A stretch of 64,000 nucleotides of DNA, from positions 4,065,328 to 4,129,327 of the forward strand of contig BFEA01000004.1 in assembly GCA_003427395.1 (NCBI GenBank), written 5' to 3'. Made by a program: the position numbers and the translations under genes. Below are positions 35,069 to 49,605 of this stretch, piece by piece. The notes beneath the pieces were generated by a model. The model did no database searches and had not been told where the DNA came from. It saw only the letters and a program-made list of their open reading frames with translations. Source of the DNA: Chara braunii. Taxonomy: Eukaryota; Plantae; Charophyceae. Position 1 is the stretch's first letter. Every line of letters begins with the position of its first letter.

Positions 35069-35673
35069 TTTCACGATGCAGACCCCAATTTTGAATCTCA
35101 GGGTCAAAGTCCCCAAACCAAAAGAGGCCAGGTTGGCTAGATACAAAAAGGTTACGTCGGGTACCCCAGAAGGCACGTCCAACAGGTACCCACTCAACAA
35201 TCACATCCAGAGGCATAAGTCACATCCCTCACATCCCAGAGGCAAACGTCACATCCCATAGGCAAAAGTCACGTCTCACAGTCAAAGATCATATCCCACA
35301 GGCAACGGCCACGACCCAGAGTCAAAGGTCATGGCCCACAGACCCGAAAGCAGCAGCACACCAAGGAAAACTCAGTGAGGTACCGGGCCTCAACATTCCG
35401 GAAGCAAACAGGCCACGGGCAGCCGGTACCAGGTCGAAGTCAAGCCAAGTGAAACGGAGGCTGGGACGAGACTGCCTCCTTTCAAACAGATTGCTCATTC
35501 GCAAGAAGTATGGAAGTGTTGATGAGCGCTTGGGAGCTAGCTGCGAGTTGCATGCGCTAGAGCCCTGGCTGGGCAGCGTTGCATTGACAGGAAGGCTGCC
35601 ATAGCCGCACAACTAGTAGTAGGCGGTAGAGCTGAGTTGTAGCGGATGTATCCAGAGCCAAGATCTTCATGCA

Positions 35674-35740
<67 letters not shown>

Positions 35741-35882
35741 AGAGAGAGGAGGTCTCCTGCCTAGATGAGGATGCTTGATTTGACGTGCTGAACTCTGCGC
35801 TGTTGAGCGCTTGGTGACTGGAACTCAGAAACTGTTTAATATGATAATTCGGTGAAATTTCTAAGCTGCGCTAATCTGGACT

Positions 35883-35949
<67 letters not shown>

Positions 35950-38900
35950 GTCACGTACCTAGATGAGGATGCTGGATTTGGCGTGTTGAACTCTGCGCTG
36001 TTGAGCGCTTGGTGACTGGAACTCAGAAATTGTTTAATATGATAATTCGGTGAAATTCCTAAGATGGCTAATCTGGACTTCGCATCTGTGGTCTCTAGTG
36101 CGGATTTCGTGTGATCTCTCAATGTGCGCATGCGCTCAAGGTGATGAGCAGTGTGGCTCAATGCAATTGGTATTGGACCTGGTACTCGCTGCATCCGCTG
36201 TTGGTGAGATCTGGAGTTTGGCAGGGAGGTTGGAGGCCGAAGAAGAAGTGGCCAGGGTGGGGGGATGTTGACTACGTATCTTCACGCGTGGAGCAAATTT
36301 GTGGAGCGTCATCAAAGGAGAGTTTACAAGTGAAGTGCTTCACCCCCACAAGCCTTGCATCTGCTTCATGGATGAATGACAGTCGTGTGTACCTTCCCAC
36401 ATCTTGGTGTCGCTGCTGCTGGACATAACACTTGGTGACATATCTGATTTTGTCCTGAGTCAGTTTCTGGTCCGACACATGTATGAAGTAGATCGTGTCT
36501 AGGATAGAAGCTCAACAACTGGATGACTTACCCGAAAGTAGGAAGCATGGGCATGAGCGGCCAGCGCTCGTAAAACTACCCGTCTAGCCCTAAGATAGGT
36601 ATTGACCAGCATGCAAACGAACCGGAGCTGACGCAGTGAGGAGCTTTAAGTCTTGAGAGCGAACCTTCGGATCGTGGTGGGCACGACGTCCTGTCTGCGT
36701 CGTTAAAGAAATCCTGAGGTCCTTTCCGACTGACCTTAAACCACTTGTTGCCCACCAGCCTGATCGGGTAGCTGCAGTGACACTGTGGGGGGGGAAGAAC
36801 TAAGGCAGGTCAGAATCCAATCTAGATTAAGTTAGGTTAGGTGTTGAGGGCTAGGTCTACGTTGTAAGGAGGTGGAGGTAACTTACCTGTGCTTTTGATC
36901 ACCATGGACGTCTACCCAATGTTTGTATTTTTGACCCTGTTTTGCTATGGGGTCCACTCCTCCGCTTCCTGTTCCCTCTTGGGTTCTTGGGAGTGACCTT
37001 GAGATCTGGTAGGGCCATGAAACCAAACACCTTTGCAGATCAGGCAGGAATTGATAGGAAGTTGACTGGAAAAAAAAAGAAAAAGAGGAGAAGAAGAGGC
37101 AGGAGGAGGAGGATGTAAAAGAGAAGTTGGAGAAGGAAAGATAGAAGCTGGAGAAGGATAAAATTAAAATTAAGAAGGAAAAAAATAAATAAAGAAAGAA
37201 ATTGAGAAGGAAATGAGAAGGAAGAAGGAAGAAATAAAAAAGGAGTTTAAAGAAGAAGAAGGAGAAGGTGAAGGAGAATTGACAAGGAGAAGTACCAGAC
37301 TAGAAGAGGAGGAGGTGGTTGAGAGCGGCCATGCTGGAGAGAGAAGGCTCTGAAGGGTGGAAGATATAGACTGGGTGGTGAAATTTAGGTGTCATACGGA
37401 GATGCCAAAGGAGACAAAACAAGAGAAAGTTGCATCTACAATTAAGATTGCATCTGCTGCTGACAACGAGGAAAAGGTCTTATTGCTGGAAGAAAGGAGG
37501 AGCATCCTTGATCAGCATTTACTTTAACACAAGAGGAAAGAGTATGATGAGAAGTAGAGACTGAGGGAAGAAGGGGAAAGGCTCCAAGCCTCGTTGAGAG
37601 AGAAGAAAGAAAAGGATGTAGATGTTAAGGAAAATTTGAGCTTATCGCCGATACGTTGTTGCACGCCACCCAAGAACTCGCTGCGTTGTAGAAGTTTGTT
37701 GGGAAGTTGGAGAGACACCAAGAGGAATTCTAGGGCACCTGGAATAAGTTCCTTAGTGCCTTTTCCCACATGGTCGATAAGAGGATCTTTGATTACGCTA
37801 ACCAGCTAGACGGATTCTTCACCCAGAAGTTGACTAACACCATCGTGTATGTAGCCTTAGGAAGCGCCAGTGGTGGAGGTGATGGTGGAGATGATGGGGG
37901 TGGTGATAAGAAAGGAATGGGTCCCAAAAAGGAAGATGGAAAGAAAGGTGACGAAGACAAGTCCGAGGGAGGAGAACGCTGAGAGAAGATGAAGGTTAAG
38001 GTCTCTTGGAAGAGGGAGGAGAGCATTTTTGATTGGAACGCGGCCATGGACACATCTGTATGCGCAATTGATTCCATATTGGGACCACGCATGAATGGCG
38101 AGTTTGTGCCTAGGGGGAGACACAATAGCTTCACCATTTTGCTAGTGAAAGAGGCCGGATGCAACTCGGATGTTGCAGTACTTGCAATATACGAGGATCA
38201 AGAACTTTAAGACCGTGAAAGATCGTTTTGAGGATAAAAATGGGGCTCGCCATACCGAGCACCTCATCCTTAATATAAGTGGTCAGTGGAAGAGTGCATC
38301 GATACTCAAGGCCACTATGGACGAGCTGCTGCAAAGTCCCGATCATGGATTGACCGCCACTCAGATACTTGATAGCTTCTCTAGAGCGCTGCCAGAGCCC
38401 CTCAAAACCCAGTTATATCCCTGTACTCAGGAGGAGAGGATGATTTATGAAAAGTCCAGCAAGATAGTTGTAGACCATGTCAGACTCTTGCAAGAGGCAA
38501 ACTATTGCCACTATTGGAAGGACCTACAGGCCGATAAGAGGTGGAAGAACATAACTATATCCGTCAATGCAGAAGGTTGGGATAATCTGCTGGTCACCTT
38601 CCAAGGAGGTGTAGAGTCATTATCATATGACCAAATAGATTACGATTTAGAGGAGGATAACAACAACCAAGTAGCCTGGGGAGGGGACTATGTCGCAGTT
38701 GCGGCCTGTTGGGGAGGGCGACAAGGTAGGGGACGAGGTAGAGGAGGCCGAGGTAGAGGCGGAGGTCGACGGCCCACTGCCCAGAGGGGTAGTGGCGAAG
38801 GAAGGTACTGCGTGGGAGGTAGGGGTAATGGTCCCTCGCAAGGTGGTAGAGGTTCGCCCTTCATAGGGGGTAGAGGTAGAGGTAGGAGTTGGCGGCTGTA

Positions 38901-41830
38901 ACCAAGACTCCCGGGCATATAGCCGAAGGCAAACCTTGGGAGGAAATGGGAATATATGAGAAAGTTTGGGAAGCACGGCGCCAAGCCAAGCAATGTTTTA
39001 AGTGTGGTGACCCCGAGTGCATTGTTCCTTTTTGTCCCGAATATAGGTACCCAAAAGGGAACAGCCAGTAGAGGTTGTAGTTGTCTCCACGGGAACTTCA
39101 GACTTAGATAGGAAGACAGAAACGCGCGCTGAACAAACATCCTACTGTTCGAAGGTCCCAATGGCAGCGATTGATGTAGGCCCCCACGTAGCTAGCTGTC
39201 CAGAGGTTGCTTGTATTAGGACCTCTCTAGGTGGTTCCCTCGCAAGCATTGGTCATTAGCTGATCACTCGTCGCCGCGATTGGTCCGAAATGAAGAAGAT
39301 GTCTAAATGACAACTAATAATAGCAGATGTAGAAGTAAGTAGAGAAAGGATAGGCATGTTAGTAGACTGTGGGTCAATTCACAATTATATTAGTCGAAGA
39401 GGGTTGCAGAAAATGCACTTAGGGATGAAGATAAAGAAGTTTAGAGGAGCCAGTCATTAGTAAGTTAGACGACAATAAAGAAATGGTAGTGTGTGAGCAT
39501 GTTCAAGAGGTTAAGGCATACTTCCAGTTGGAGGCAGGGGGGAAGGTAGAGAAAGTTTTGCACTCCCTTAGCGGAGGATGACCTTCCTTTTGACATGATA
39601 CTAGGAACAGACTGGGGCAGCGCCTCGTATGCTGACATTAAGATGGGCGAGCACGAGTACTGGCTGCCCAGTCCCACGGATGGGAGAAAGAAAATGCGTA
39701 TGTATCATGCATCCGGCGTAGAGAGTAGCTTGCCCCTTTGTAGTGTGAGTGTCCCTGCGTTCGCCTGACATGTAGTCAATAATGATTTTGCTGAGCATGT
39801 GTCCGTTGCCTATGTAAGACCAGTTAGTGTCGGTGAAAAGCAAGAAGTGCCAATACCACCCAATGTGCAGAGTCTGTTAGACGAGTTTGTTGACGTGGGA
39901 GAGGCCCCAAGTGGAGTAGTTGAAAGGGAGACCAAACACCGGATAGATATAGAACCTGGTAGCAGGATTCCCAAGGGCCACATCTATCGGATGTCTCCCA
40001 AGGATGTGGCATACTGCGTAGCCACACGGGCCCTGCAGGGCCCGTCCCGGACATTCAGCCTAAAAGCCTAAAACTTAGGGCTTACAGGCCTCGGTCGTTT
40101 CAGCCTGAAAGCTGAAAAACGAGGGCCTGCAGGCCCTACCCCGTTTCAGCCTATTTCTGGGTCTTTTCAGACCCAAAGTTTTCAGCCTGAAACGGAGGGC
40201 CATTTTCAGGCCCTCATTGTTTCGACCTGCCCCTAAGACTCAGGCACGTAAACAGGGATGCGGAACAGGCCAAGAATAGCCTGTTCCGCACGAGTTTGAG
40301 CAGGAGCTGCATCTGCAGCCCCTGCCTCCCTTCGGCAGGCTCAGGAGGCACACCCGGTAGTACATAGGAAGTTCCCATGCACTTCACGGGTAGGTAGTTC
40401 AGTAGGCACGAGGTAGTCTTCAGGAATTCGGCCGCAGCACTCAGGAGGAGCGCTGCAGTAGTCTTCAGCGCTAGGTAGTATTAGCACTAGCTGTAGTCTT
40501 CGGCGCTGGGCGCCATAGCTGTAGCTGTAGTCTTCAGCGCTGGGCGCTGGTAGGTGGTAGATCGTGGAGTGGGAGAGAGACTGGCGGAGGCCAGTGGGAC
40601 TTACCTGTGGCGCCATCGCTCCAGCTCCATCTTCATGGTACCTGCATCAAGGCGCCAACTTCACAGGTTAGTACTGGACAGAGAGAGAGAGAGAGTTCTT
40701 CTTCTTCCTCTTCTAAGTCCACCTTCTCTTCTCACCCTCTCGCCACCTGAATTCTCAAACTACGACAGAGAGAGACAGAGTTGTGACTTGAGACTTGACG
40801 ACATTGGATCCAGACTTGACATTTGGGATTCAGACATTTCGACGAGGGACNATTTGGGCTTATGCCGAAGACTCGGTGTTGACGGCATTCCCATCTTCCC
40901 CCTCCTCTTCGTCTATCCCCTTCCTCTTCGTCTGTGTATGGTATGGGCTGGCGCAGTCTTCCTGTGTGAAGCGCCAGGCCCCATTCACACCATGTAACGA
41001 TGATGATGATGTATGTTCAGGGCTGTATTTCAACATTGATTGTTCGGATAACTGGTATCTAAGTCTTCCGTTGTGCTATCTTATACTTTGTATTGAAACG
41101 TCGGTTCTTGTTCTGGTCTGCACGTTACAGTATGCAACAAAGGAGCTCGATGAGCTGTGCAAACAGTTAGATGAACTGATAGAGATAGAGTGGATTAAGC
41201 CAAGTTCTTGCCGTATGGTGCACCGGTCGTGTTTGTACCGAAGAAAGAGGGCAATCCACTCATGTGTATAGACTATAGGGTTCTCAATGTGATAATGATA
41301 AAGAATGCTGAGCCATTACCACAGATAGACGGCCTTCTGGATAGAGTGCAGGGTTGTAAGTATTTGTCTAAGATAGATTTGAAATCGGGCTACCATCAGA
41401 TTGAGGTACTGCCTGAGGATTAGCACAATATGGCCTTTAGGACTTGACATGGCCACTACGAGTTTGTGGTCATGCTGTTTGGGTTGACTAAACGCCGCTG
41501 CTACGTTCCAGCGTTGTATGAATGAACTCTTCCGTGATTGGCTACATAAATTCGTGGTTGTATATTTAAATTATAGTCTGATTTTTAGTAAGTCGTTAGA
41601 AGAGCACGAACAGCACCTTCCTTTAGTGATGAGCAAGTTCCGTGACGCTGAGTTTAAGTTGAACCCAAAGAAGTGTGAATGGGCTAAGCGTCAGGTGTTG
41701 TATTTGGGTCATGTGTTGGATGGAGATGGAATCAAACCGGAGGACGCTAAGATAGCAGCAATCAGAGACTGGCTGACACCACACACGTTGACGGAACTAC
41801 GGTCGTTCCTTGGTCTGGCCAACAATCGTT
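35069..41830 (+). mobile_element. Decayed Ty3/gypsy retrotransposon: putative 5' LTR (~35069-36782), gag, protease, RT; 3'-truncated
   Basis: E/K-rich gag, RGG tract, knuckle QCFKCGDPECIVPFC (~38990-39035), protease LVDCGSIHNYIS (~39360), RT YGAPVVFVPKKEG..MCIDYR..KIDLKSGYHQI..ELRSFLGLAN. The YLDD motif has decayed to YLNY. LTR limits are tentative. Confidence 0.85.
40005..41139. mobile_element. Solo LTR nested in the gypsy RT gene
   Basis: Termini TGTGGCATACTG...CAGTATGCAACA with perfect 5-bp TSD AAGGA (40000-40004, 41140-41144). Removal restores YRMSPKELDEL. Confidence 0.92.
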
Positions 41831-44800
41831 TAGCAGCCCCCCCTCAGTGAAAGAGGCATCACCGGCCAAGTTCAAAAAGGGAACTGCTGCGAACAACAAA
41901 AAGGGAGGAAGAACAAGCCCATAAAGTTCTGCAATTTCCTACTTTTACAAGCTCTTTTTCCATTAGCACCATCCTATTGCCACACTTTGAAAATGCAAAA
42001 GAAACCAAAACAAATTCGAGGCACCTCAGTTCCTAATTTTACAGACTGCACTTGGCCTTTTTCTTTTACATAATGGGAAAGACAAAAAGCGATTTTGCGA
42101 GCACCTGAGAATGCGCTCACAATTTGATGGATGCCACACCCGGCCAGGGGGGCTAGGCCACTGACTAATGGTACCCCTTTTGCAAGTGTGGTGGTCAGCA
42201 GGACAGCGTGTGGCTGTAAAAGCATAGTAGATTTTGCTATGAGCAAGAAAAGATAACGAATCCTCCCCCTTTCTCCCTCCCCAGTTTGAGTATTCCCTGA
42301 GTTGTGTGTTTGGAGTATTATTTGTTTCTTACATCTGGCCCCTTGCTCCCCGTCTGTTTTTTATTTTATTTTCCCTGACCATTTGTTGTAGGGGCCATGG
42401 AAGCAGTGGTAGTAGTCCTGTCTTCCTGATCCAGTCTTGGGGCCTTGCTGCACTTCGCATCAAATGTGCAAAATGAAGTGTATCTTCCGCTAGGACATGG
42501 AAATATACACCCGCCATAGCTTTTGTGTAAGTTTTGTCTTTTCCACATTTGGTGAGTGGTGTGGTGAGGCCCTTGATTTCAAAAGAGGTGAAAAAGAAAA
42601 CGTTACCCCCAGTCCATGTGGCTGAATTGTACACAGATGGTACGCAAATAAATTGTCAGTAAGCAGAGCATGAGTTTGAATCTTGATGGAATCAGATGAA
42701 CTTTTTTTTTTTTGGAGGGGGGGACATATGAAGTATCATGAACAGAGTAAAGCTAGGGGCTAACCCCCTACAAAAGGAAAAGAAGAGGTTGGAGGCCAAA
42801 CCTACCTGTGCCAGGTTGGCGAGAGACCAAGACAGCAGAAAGTATGTGGGCGCTGTGGAGGGTCAGGTGCAGATCATGCATGTGCACTTTGAAGAGGTTC
42901 ATGCACGTTATGACCGGGCTATCTTTGTCTCTTGCCAGCCTAAACTGGCGATTTCTGCCGATTCCCCGAAAGTTCGAAGTTTGCTCAACCCTCTCGACTC
43001 CCCCTCTGCCAAAGAGGGAAATATACTCAAATATCCCAGCGTAGTAAAATATAATACATGCACCCAAGGCCCTTGTGGCCTGTATAGGGCTGTAAATGGC
43101 ACGTGTGAGGGAAAGGGGGTTGTGAGCGGGTTGGGGGGGGGGGGGTGGAATGAGGCCCATTTTGGAATTTGTTCGCATTTTTATTCCATTATATGCCAGA
43201 CATTGTCAGTTCATTCGAGATGACTGTGGGTCCCAAATCTTCTTCTTCTTTTTTTCTTTTTTTTCACCCGAATCTAGCAACACTGTTTTTCTTTCCCCCC
43301 CCCCCACCCATCGCGTCATTCCTCTGTCTTCGCCCGTGTGCAGTGCACATGGTTGTCTTTTTCTTCTCTCTTTCTTTCTTCCTTTTTTTCCCTTTTTTTT
43401 TTCGCCTTCATAAATCCATGTCCATCATGTCTGTCCTAATCATTCCAGAGGTGCAACAAAGGTCATCCAAAATTGAATAGCTTTTATTAAACAAAAAAAA
43501 AATTCTAGTGGCGGAGTTGTTTACCAAATAAGAACAATGGTGACCACTTGTGTCCGACAGTGAGATTTTCTCAACTTGTTTCCCCTGTCCGTCCGACCTT
43601 GACATTCAGCTAGCTGAGGTTCCTTTCTTCTTCATCAGCTTAAACGACCAGTACTTCGCCCAGCTATCGGCTGCGGAAAAAAATAGAGCTCTAGGCAGAT
43701 GAATTTGGGCGCTTCTGTACTGGCCTGTACGTTTCCTAAATCATGGCTTGTACACAGGCACAACTTTAGGAAGTACTGGTGGTTTAAGCCACCGGTACAT
43801 CCATACATCGGCCTATGGTGTCAGGCTGATGCCAGTACTGCTTCAGAGTCCTCCAATCCGATTTATCTACGGCGCTCCGTCCCGCCCAGCCGAAATGTGA
43901 ATTCGGTGTTGACGAGCCCTTTCTGCAAGGCTGGGGCCGTGCACTGGTGATTTAGACCACCAGTTCGCACGATCCTAAGTAGTGCTCTTCCGTGGTAAGA
44001 GCTTTCCAATTAGGTACAGGGTTACATGCCAATTAGTGACCCGGTAGGTACAGGGATTTTCCGGCGGAGTAGTTGAGTATCTTTATATTTCCTTAATCGG
44101 AGGTGCTTCCTTTTCACAAAGTATCCGGGTCGTATACGTAACCTTTGGGGTAGAATCTCTCTCGTTCTACTGACCTGTACCCTTGGTGAGTGTGCATTTT
44201 CTTCAAATCGATTTACAGTTGAAGTGCTACCATGTTTTTGTGTAGTCATCCTTACATAAAAAGAATTAACAATTGAGTTGAATTGACAAATAAAATTTTT
44301 CCATTACTTGCAACGATGTTAATATATTGTTGTCATATTATAGCGGCATGCAATCTTATGAGTCAAAATATAGCTTAAACTGAACTGGTAAAAGCAAGCT
44401 ACAAAGGCACGGCCATGGGTGGTCTCCACAATTCTATCGTGGTAGGTGAATTGCATCCTCCCTTCCTCGCTACCTCCTCGCTCGCTCCCTCCCTCCACCA
44501 CCTGTCCGTATCGTGACAAAGAAGATGCATCTGGGCTTGTTGTGGGCAATGTTCTGCGCCCAGCAGGGCTTGAACCTGTAACGTACTGGTTAGTGTTTCT
44601 CTCTGTGTTAGGTGTGGATGGTTTGGAGGGCTGATTTTGAAATAGTAGTCCATACTGACACACGTGTTGTGTGTATATGACTGCAGTCAGTGGCAGATTC
44701 GGTCCCAAAACTCCTAGTGTTCAGCATGCCCTTATTTTGACAACACGTAGGGAAGGCATGTGTCTTGTGGGAGAATGGCATGTCCATTGTTATGTTTTGT

Positions 44801-45375
44801 TTTTTTGCCCCCCTCCAATTATTTTAGAGTGACACCATCACTGTTTGCATTGGCCGCGGCTGGGGTTGCCCTACCAGCTGCAGGCGGGAAATGGGTGGAG
44901 GGTGCAAAATTTTGAGTGGATCGACTATAATGTTTTTTTCAGGGACGATTATTTCTGAAAAATATAAGGGACATAGCTTCAGTTCTGATCTGGTAAGAAA
45001 TTAGAAAAAGAACAAAGAACCTGAATGGCGAAAAGAAAGTCTGCTAGCAAATGACTGCATATTTTTGCTCCCTCTTGCACTGCTATGCGTATGCCCAAAA
45101 CTTTTGGGCTCGGTGCTCCAGGCTCAGGAGAATGTGCCGGTTTGGGAGCTTAGCTTCGGGGCAGTGATGTTTTCACAGCCTATTTTGATTTACTGGGCCC
45201 CACTGCACCGCGCAACACTTTATAAGTTTATATGTATGTGGACTCCGAGTATCATCCGGATGCACTCGGACTGACCCTACATTTGGAATGTCTGGACTAT
45301 TTCTTTAATTCCTAAACCTGATACATTCGGATTGTGGTGTAGTGTCGTGGGGACCACTGTCAACTTCCTGGCTGG

Positions 45376-46275
45376 TGATGCACCCCATGAATACAAAGTG
45401 ACTAATTTGAAACAGTATTCAGTATTCACCTGTTTGCAGTGGCCGATGCAGATCCCAGGGCTCATCCCTAGTCCTCACCTTACCTGTGTACAGTATCTGT
45501 GTCGACCCCGAGAGTTGAACCCGTGACCTGTGTATTTGTAACAGTTCGTAGACTGTCGTAGGGTCCGTAGGTAGTAGGGGTTCGATCTGTAGACCTGTCG
45601 GGTAGGAGTCTTAGCAAGGTCTAGAAGTCGTAGCTGTAGCTCCTCCGAAAGGTCAGGGTTGTAGCTGCTACAGTCCTGAAGGGTCAAGGTCGTAGCTGCT
45701 ACAGCATCAAAAGGCCAAGTCCACGGCCTTCCGGAAGGTCCTAGTAGTGGCCTTTCGAAGCTGCTCACGTTTAGGCTGAGGCAAGTGGGCAAGTGGTGGA
45801 GTCCACCCGTGCTGAGTCAGCAGTCCCAGTCCCAGTCAGTCCTAATCCAGTCAAGCAAGTACCGCATGGGACTGTGTGCACAACGAGCATAGGAAAAGGG
45901 GCAGACCAACGAGATACAGAAGTATAAATCAAGAAGCAGCGCCCAACTATTCATTCATTCCTGCGTAAGCCATGCGGAAGCGCTGCCACAGCGACTTGTG
46001 CGAGGTGGTCTGCATTGAGCCCGAAGACGACGTGGGCGAGAGAAGGAGCTTAGCCATAGCGATAGGGTAGCAGCGACCATAGCCGCCATAGCTGATAGGA
46101 GAGTGTAGCGTGTGTGTACAGTGTGATGCGTGTGGGATATCCAGGGTGATCCTGTGTGTGTGTGTGAACAGAGAGTTGTACAGGCGCTGTGCCGCCATAG
46201 CCATTTGAAGTGAACTTTGTATCTGAACTGCGTTCTTGGTTACTATACCTCTGAGTTCTGAGTGGGCGCTTGTCA
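45376..46275. mobile_element. Probable solo LTR
   Basis: TGATGCACCC...GGGCGCTTGTCA termini and short internal repeats. No matching TSD seen. Confidence 0.4.
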
Positions 46276-47699
46276 CCAGTTTGGTGCGCAACCTGTTTGC
46301 ATGCATATGAAGTGTGAATGAGAGCGAGTCTGATTGCAAATCTTCTAAAAAAGAATCAATGATTTCAGACTTTTTTCAGATGCAAAAGTTTATTTTTCTG
46401 CACAACGTAGTTTTCTTTTTTTAATTTTATTATTATTATTATTATTTTTTAACAGGGACCTTCCCTGGCCCTTGCCCGTCCGGGCCGCCCTGGCAACTAA
46501 GGTGACCCAGGTGGCCTGGTTGGTAATGCAGGCGGTTATGCTTGTTTTTTTATTTAGATGTTTTTCTTTTCTAAATAAAACAAATGACATGCTGTCTTGT
46601 TACAGTCAGCTTGTTTCATCAGGCGTCTCAGCTTGTTTCAGTAGGCATCCCTCTTGTTGTCCTTGTTGCTGTTTTTTTCTTTTCCTCCCCCCTTTTGTTA
46701 ACTGGGAGGAAAAGTAGGGGTCGGGGGGAAAGAAGGAAAGCTCGTCCTCCTCTTTTCTTTTCTTTTTGTTGAAGCTTGTCCTTCTGTGGGAATGAAGGAA
46801 AAAGAAAGAATGAGATAATAGAACGATGTAATATGACAAATAATAAATAAAAAGATTATAATAAATAACAAGCAAAATAGTAAATAACATGATAATGATT
46901 TACTACTAAGAAAACAAAAGTACAATTAACAAAATAATAATAATACTATAGCATGTGCACGTGTATGGGAGCTTTGTTTTTAACTCTTCAGATTGATCAT
47001 CATTGCTAGGGAAGATGGAAAGAAGTCAAGGAACGGCATAGCAGTATTGTGGTTTTCAACTTTTCAGGGCTTTTTTTCCCTTAGTTTTCTTAGTCTCCCT
47101 CCCCCACCCTGATATCCACTTGGGCTTTGGTTTTTGCCAATTTGTGGTGGGTGTTACTTCTGAGTTACGATGATCTCCTGGTGGATGGAAAACAAAAAAT
47201 CGAATGGAGTTTTGGAAAAAGAAAGAAAAAGGAAGCTGGACAACATTTCCCCCTCTGCAAGTGCTTTGTTGTATGATGAAAGCCCTTCTCTTCACCACCT
47301 CCCTCCCCCTCCCCTCCCCCCTCCCCAAAACCCCCCTCTCTCGTCCACTCCCTGTTGCCTTTTCCCAGTGTTCACCCTAGTGGAAGAGAAAACTGCCTTG
47401 AAGTCTCCATTGAACTTTCTCAAATTGGTTTTGTCTTTATGTCCCATTTTTAAAAAAAATTGATATCTGCAAACAAAATAACTTGACAAAGGGATACTTT
47501 TTAATTTCTTCATATGCTGCCACTGAGGAAACTCGTCCTGACCCTGTTGACCCTTTTGAGCTGTCTTGTTATTGGGAATCGTCTTACGGTAGTTGACTGG
47601 CCCACGAGCGGCTCAATTGTTTATTTTTGTTATTATTATCGGCTCAATTTGCCACTGCAGTTTTTCTAGATTTTGTGATGTGATGACGCAGGGGGAGGA

Positions 47700-49450
47700 A
47701 ACAGGACTCTTGACAGCTTGGAAAACAGGAATGTCTCTTCATGCCAATTGCGCTCTGCGCCAGTTGGCTCAACACTCTCTATCGGCTACGTACTGCAACT
47801 TCGCACTGGAATTATGGCTGGTGTTACATGAGGAAAGTCTCGCCTGGAAGGAGTTATTGACGTCTTGCAAAGTCTCGCCAACCCCTCCAGGCGAAGGAAA
47901 AAGTCTGCAACTGTCAGATTGTCAATCCAAATGGACCAGCTGAAAAATGGCAGTACCTCTGTTAGCTAGCTTGGTCATACAAGGTGTTGTTTGTTCAAAC
48001 AACTACCTCCAAAAATTACCTTTACAGTATGGTGCGGTATTGGGCCTCGTCAGCTTACTGGATAGTCAGAATTTGGTAGGGTACCGGGCCTGGTTATGTT
48101 ATGGCAGGTCAGAAAACCACTGCTGCCTCCAAAGGTACTGAGTGGCCAGTGATGGGTGGGACACCAAGCTACATTACGCTATGGAAGGTCAGGTGTAGAG
48201 GTAGTTATCATGCAGACTACCACTGTCTCCAAAGTTCCAGAGAATACAAACATGTTTCGTTGAGATGGTTCAGCCAGATTTCACTTAGATACCTGGCATA
48301 CTTTCGACAGCCGGCAATGCTACATCACTGAGCACAGATAGACCAGCAGTCGAGCATCAGCAAACCCTCAACTGGGGTGAACCACACCGCTACTTGGATA
48401 GAGGAGAGAACAATCTCTACACAGGGCCCACGTTCAGGACGCACGAAGGGCCCACGTTCCGGTCACAGCCTATTTCTGATGGTACTCTCACCACCATCCC
48501 TGATGGTACTCTCACCACCATCCGATGGGCCAACGTTCCGGTCACAGCCAAATGATAATCACAGGCAATGGCACCAGATGAGGGTAAAAAGAGGGTCAAT
48601 GAAGGATTGAACTGAGTATTGCTTGTATGGGCAGAGCAAAGGCGGAGCACATGGATGTTAGCAGCCGAACAGTCGAGCAAGCTCACTAGCAGAGACAGAC
48701 ACAGCTGGGGGCAGAGAGCACAGTGCAGGTCTAGAACAGAAAAAGAAAAGATAGTACTGGACAGATTGATATAAGGACAGGGCAGTTTGAGATAGATGAC
48801 CAACAGGTAGTCAGGTAGACACACAACCATCTACTGTCATGAAACCACAATGAGATACTATGATGATTGGGCACAGACACTCTTGTTCACTCTCAGATAC
48901 GAACATACAATAGAACGGATGTGCTCATATGTTCTATTGTATCATATGGGATGCTGGACCCATTTTCCAGCAGCTGTGGCCCCCTACCAATAGACAGAGA
49001 GCCTTCAATTGCATAAAAAAGTGTGGGAAAAAAATGTTGGCCCGTTTTAGACCAGCACTGCACTGTGACAAGGCCTCTGTCCCTGTATATCTGGGGCAGC
49101 AGTCCGGTTTGATCTACATGACTAAAAAGGACTGCAGCTCCTTGTGGGCTTGAGCCTGTGACAATTCGGTAGTCCAGGGCCAGATAAAATTGGGCAGTGG
49201 GAAGAGGCGCCTCTCGCGTTACTGATACTTCTGTACTGCCCTGGGGATGCCAAATCTCGGTTGTTGGTGGCAAGTGCCGATGTCATGATGGGCTGACGGA
49301 CTGTGCCATTGAGCTTGGGTTCCAATGGCTGGACTCAGCACCCACATACGTTCCCTCCCCAGTTGTCTTCAAGTCTCTTCCCGTCGCTATCATGCTGCCT
49401 GGCATCGTCCAATGCAAGCCAAGGACTCTGTTGAAGGCAGTGGTGGTATA
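47700..49450 (-). mobile_element. Highly decayed LINE ORF2 3' relic interrupted by an LTR-like insert (~48143-48839)
   Basis: Minus-strand NFWR*LFEQTTPCMTKLANRG...DSCRL...ETL resembles zf-RVT. The insert has TG..CA ends and internal direct repeats TGATGGTACTCTCACCACCATCC (twice). Confidence 0.4.
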
Positions 49451-49465
49451 AGTTGTGCAGGGTCT

Positions 49466-49466
<1 letters not shown>

Positions 49467-49517
<51 letters not shown>

Positions 49518-49605
49518 CTGATTTTTAGGTGGTCATCTGATTGTATCTGGATTCGAACTTGGGTCTGTATTTGAACAGTTCCTGGATTTTCCAACTGAGC
49601 TAGAA
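49467..49605 (-). mobile_element. tRNA-derived SINE-like element
   Basis: Minus strand has A box TAGCTCAGTTGG (49602-49591), B box GTTCGAATCC (49558-49549) and a ~46-nt poly-A tail (49467-49512). Related heads at ~3330-3370 and ~45505-45545. Confidence 0.65.

Noticed and set aside
44022-44340. AT-rich segment with basic 75-aa ORF, possibly organellar
   Set aside because: I could not match it to any plastid or mitochondrial gene from memory. It needs BLAST.
44943-44992. 50-nt exon-like segment (TTTTTTTCAG|...|GTAAGA)
   Set aside because: Good splice signals, but no frame resembles the next MSH3 segment. At most a cryptic exon.
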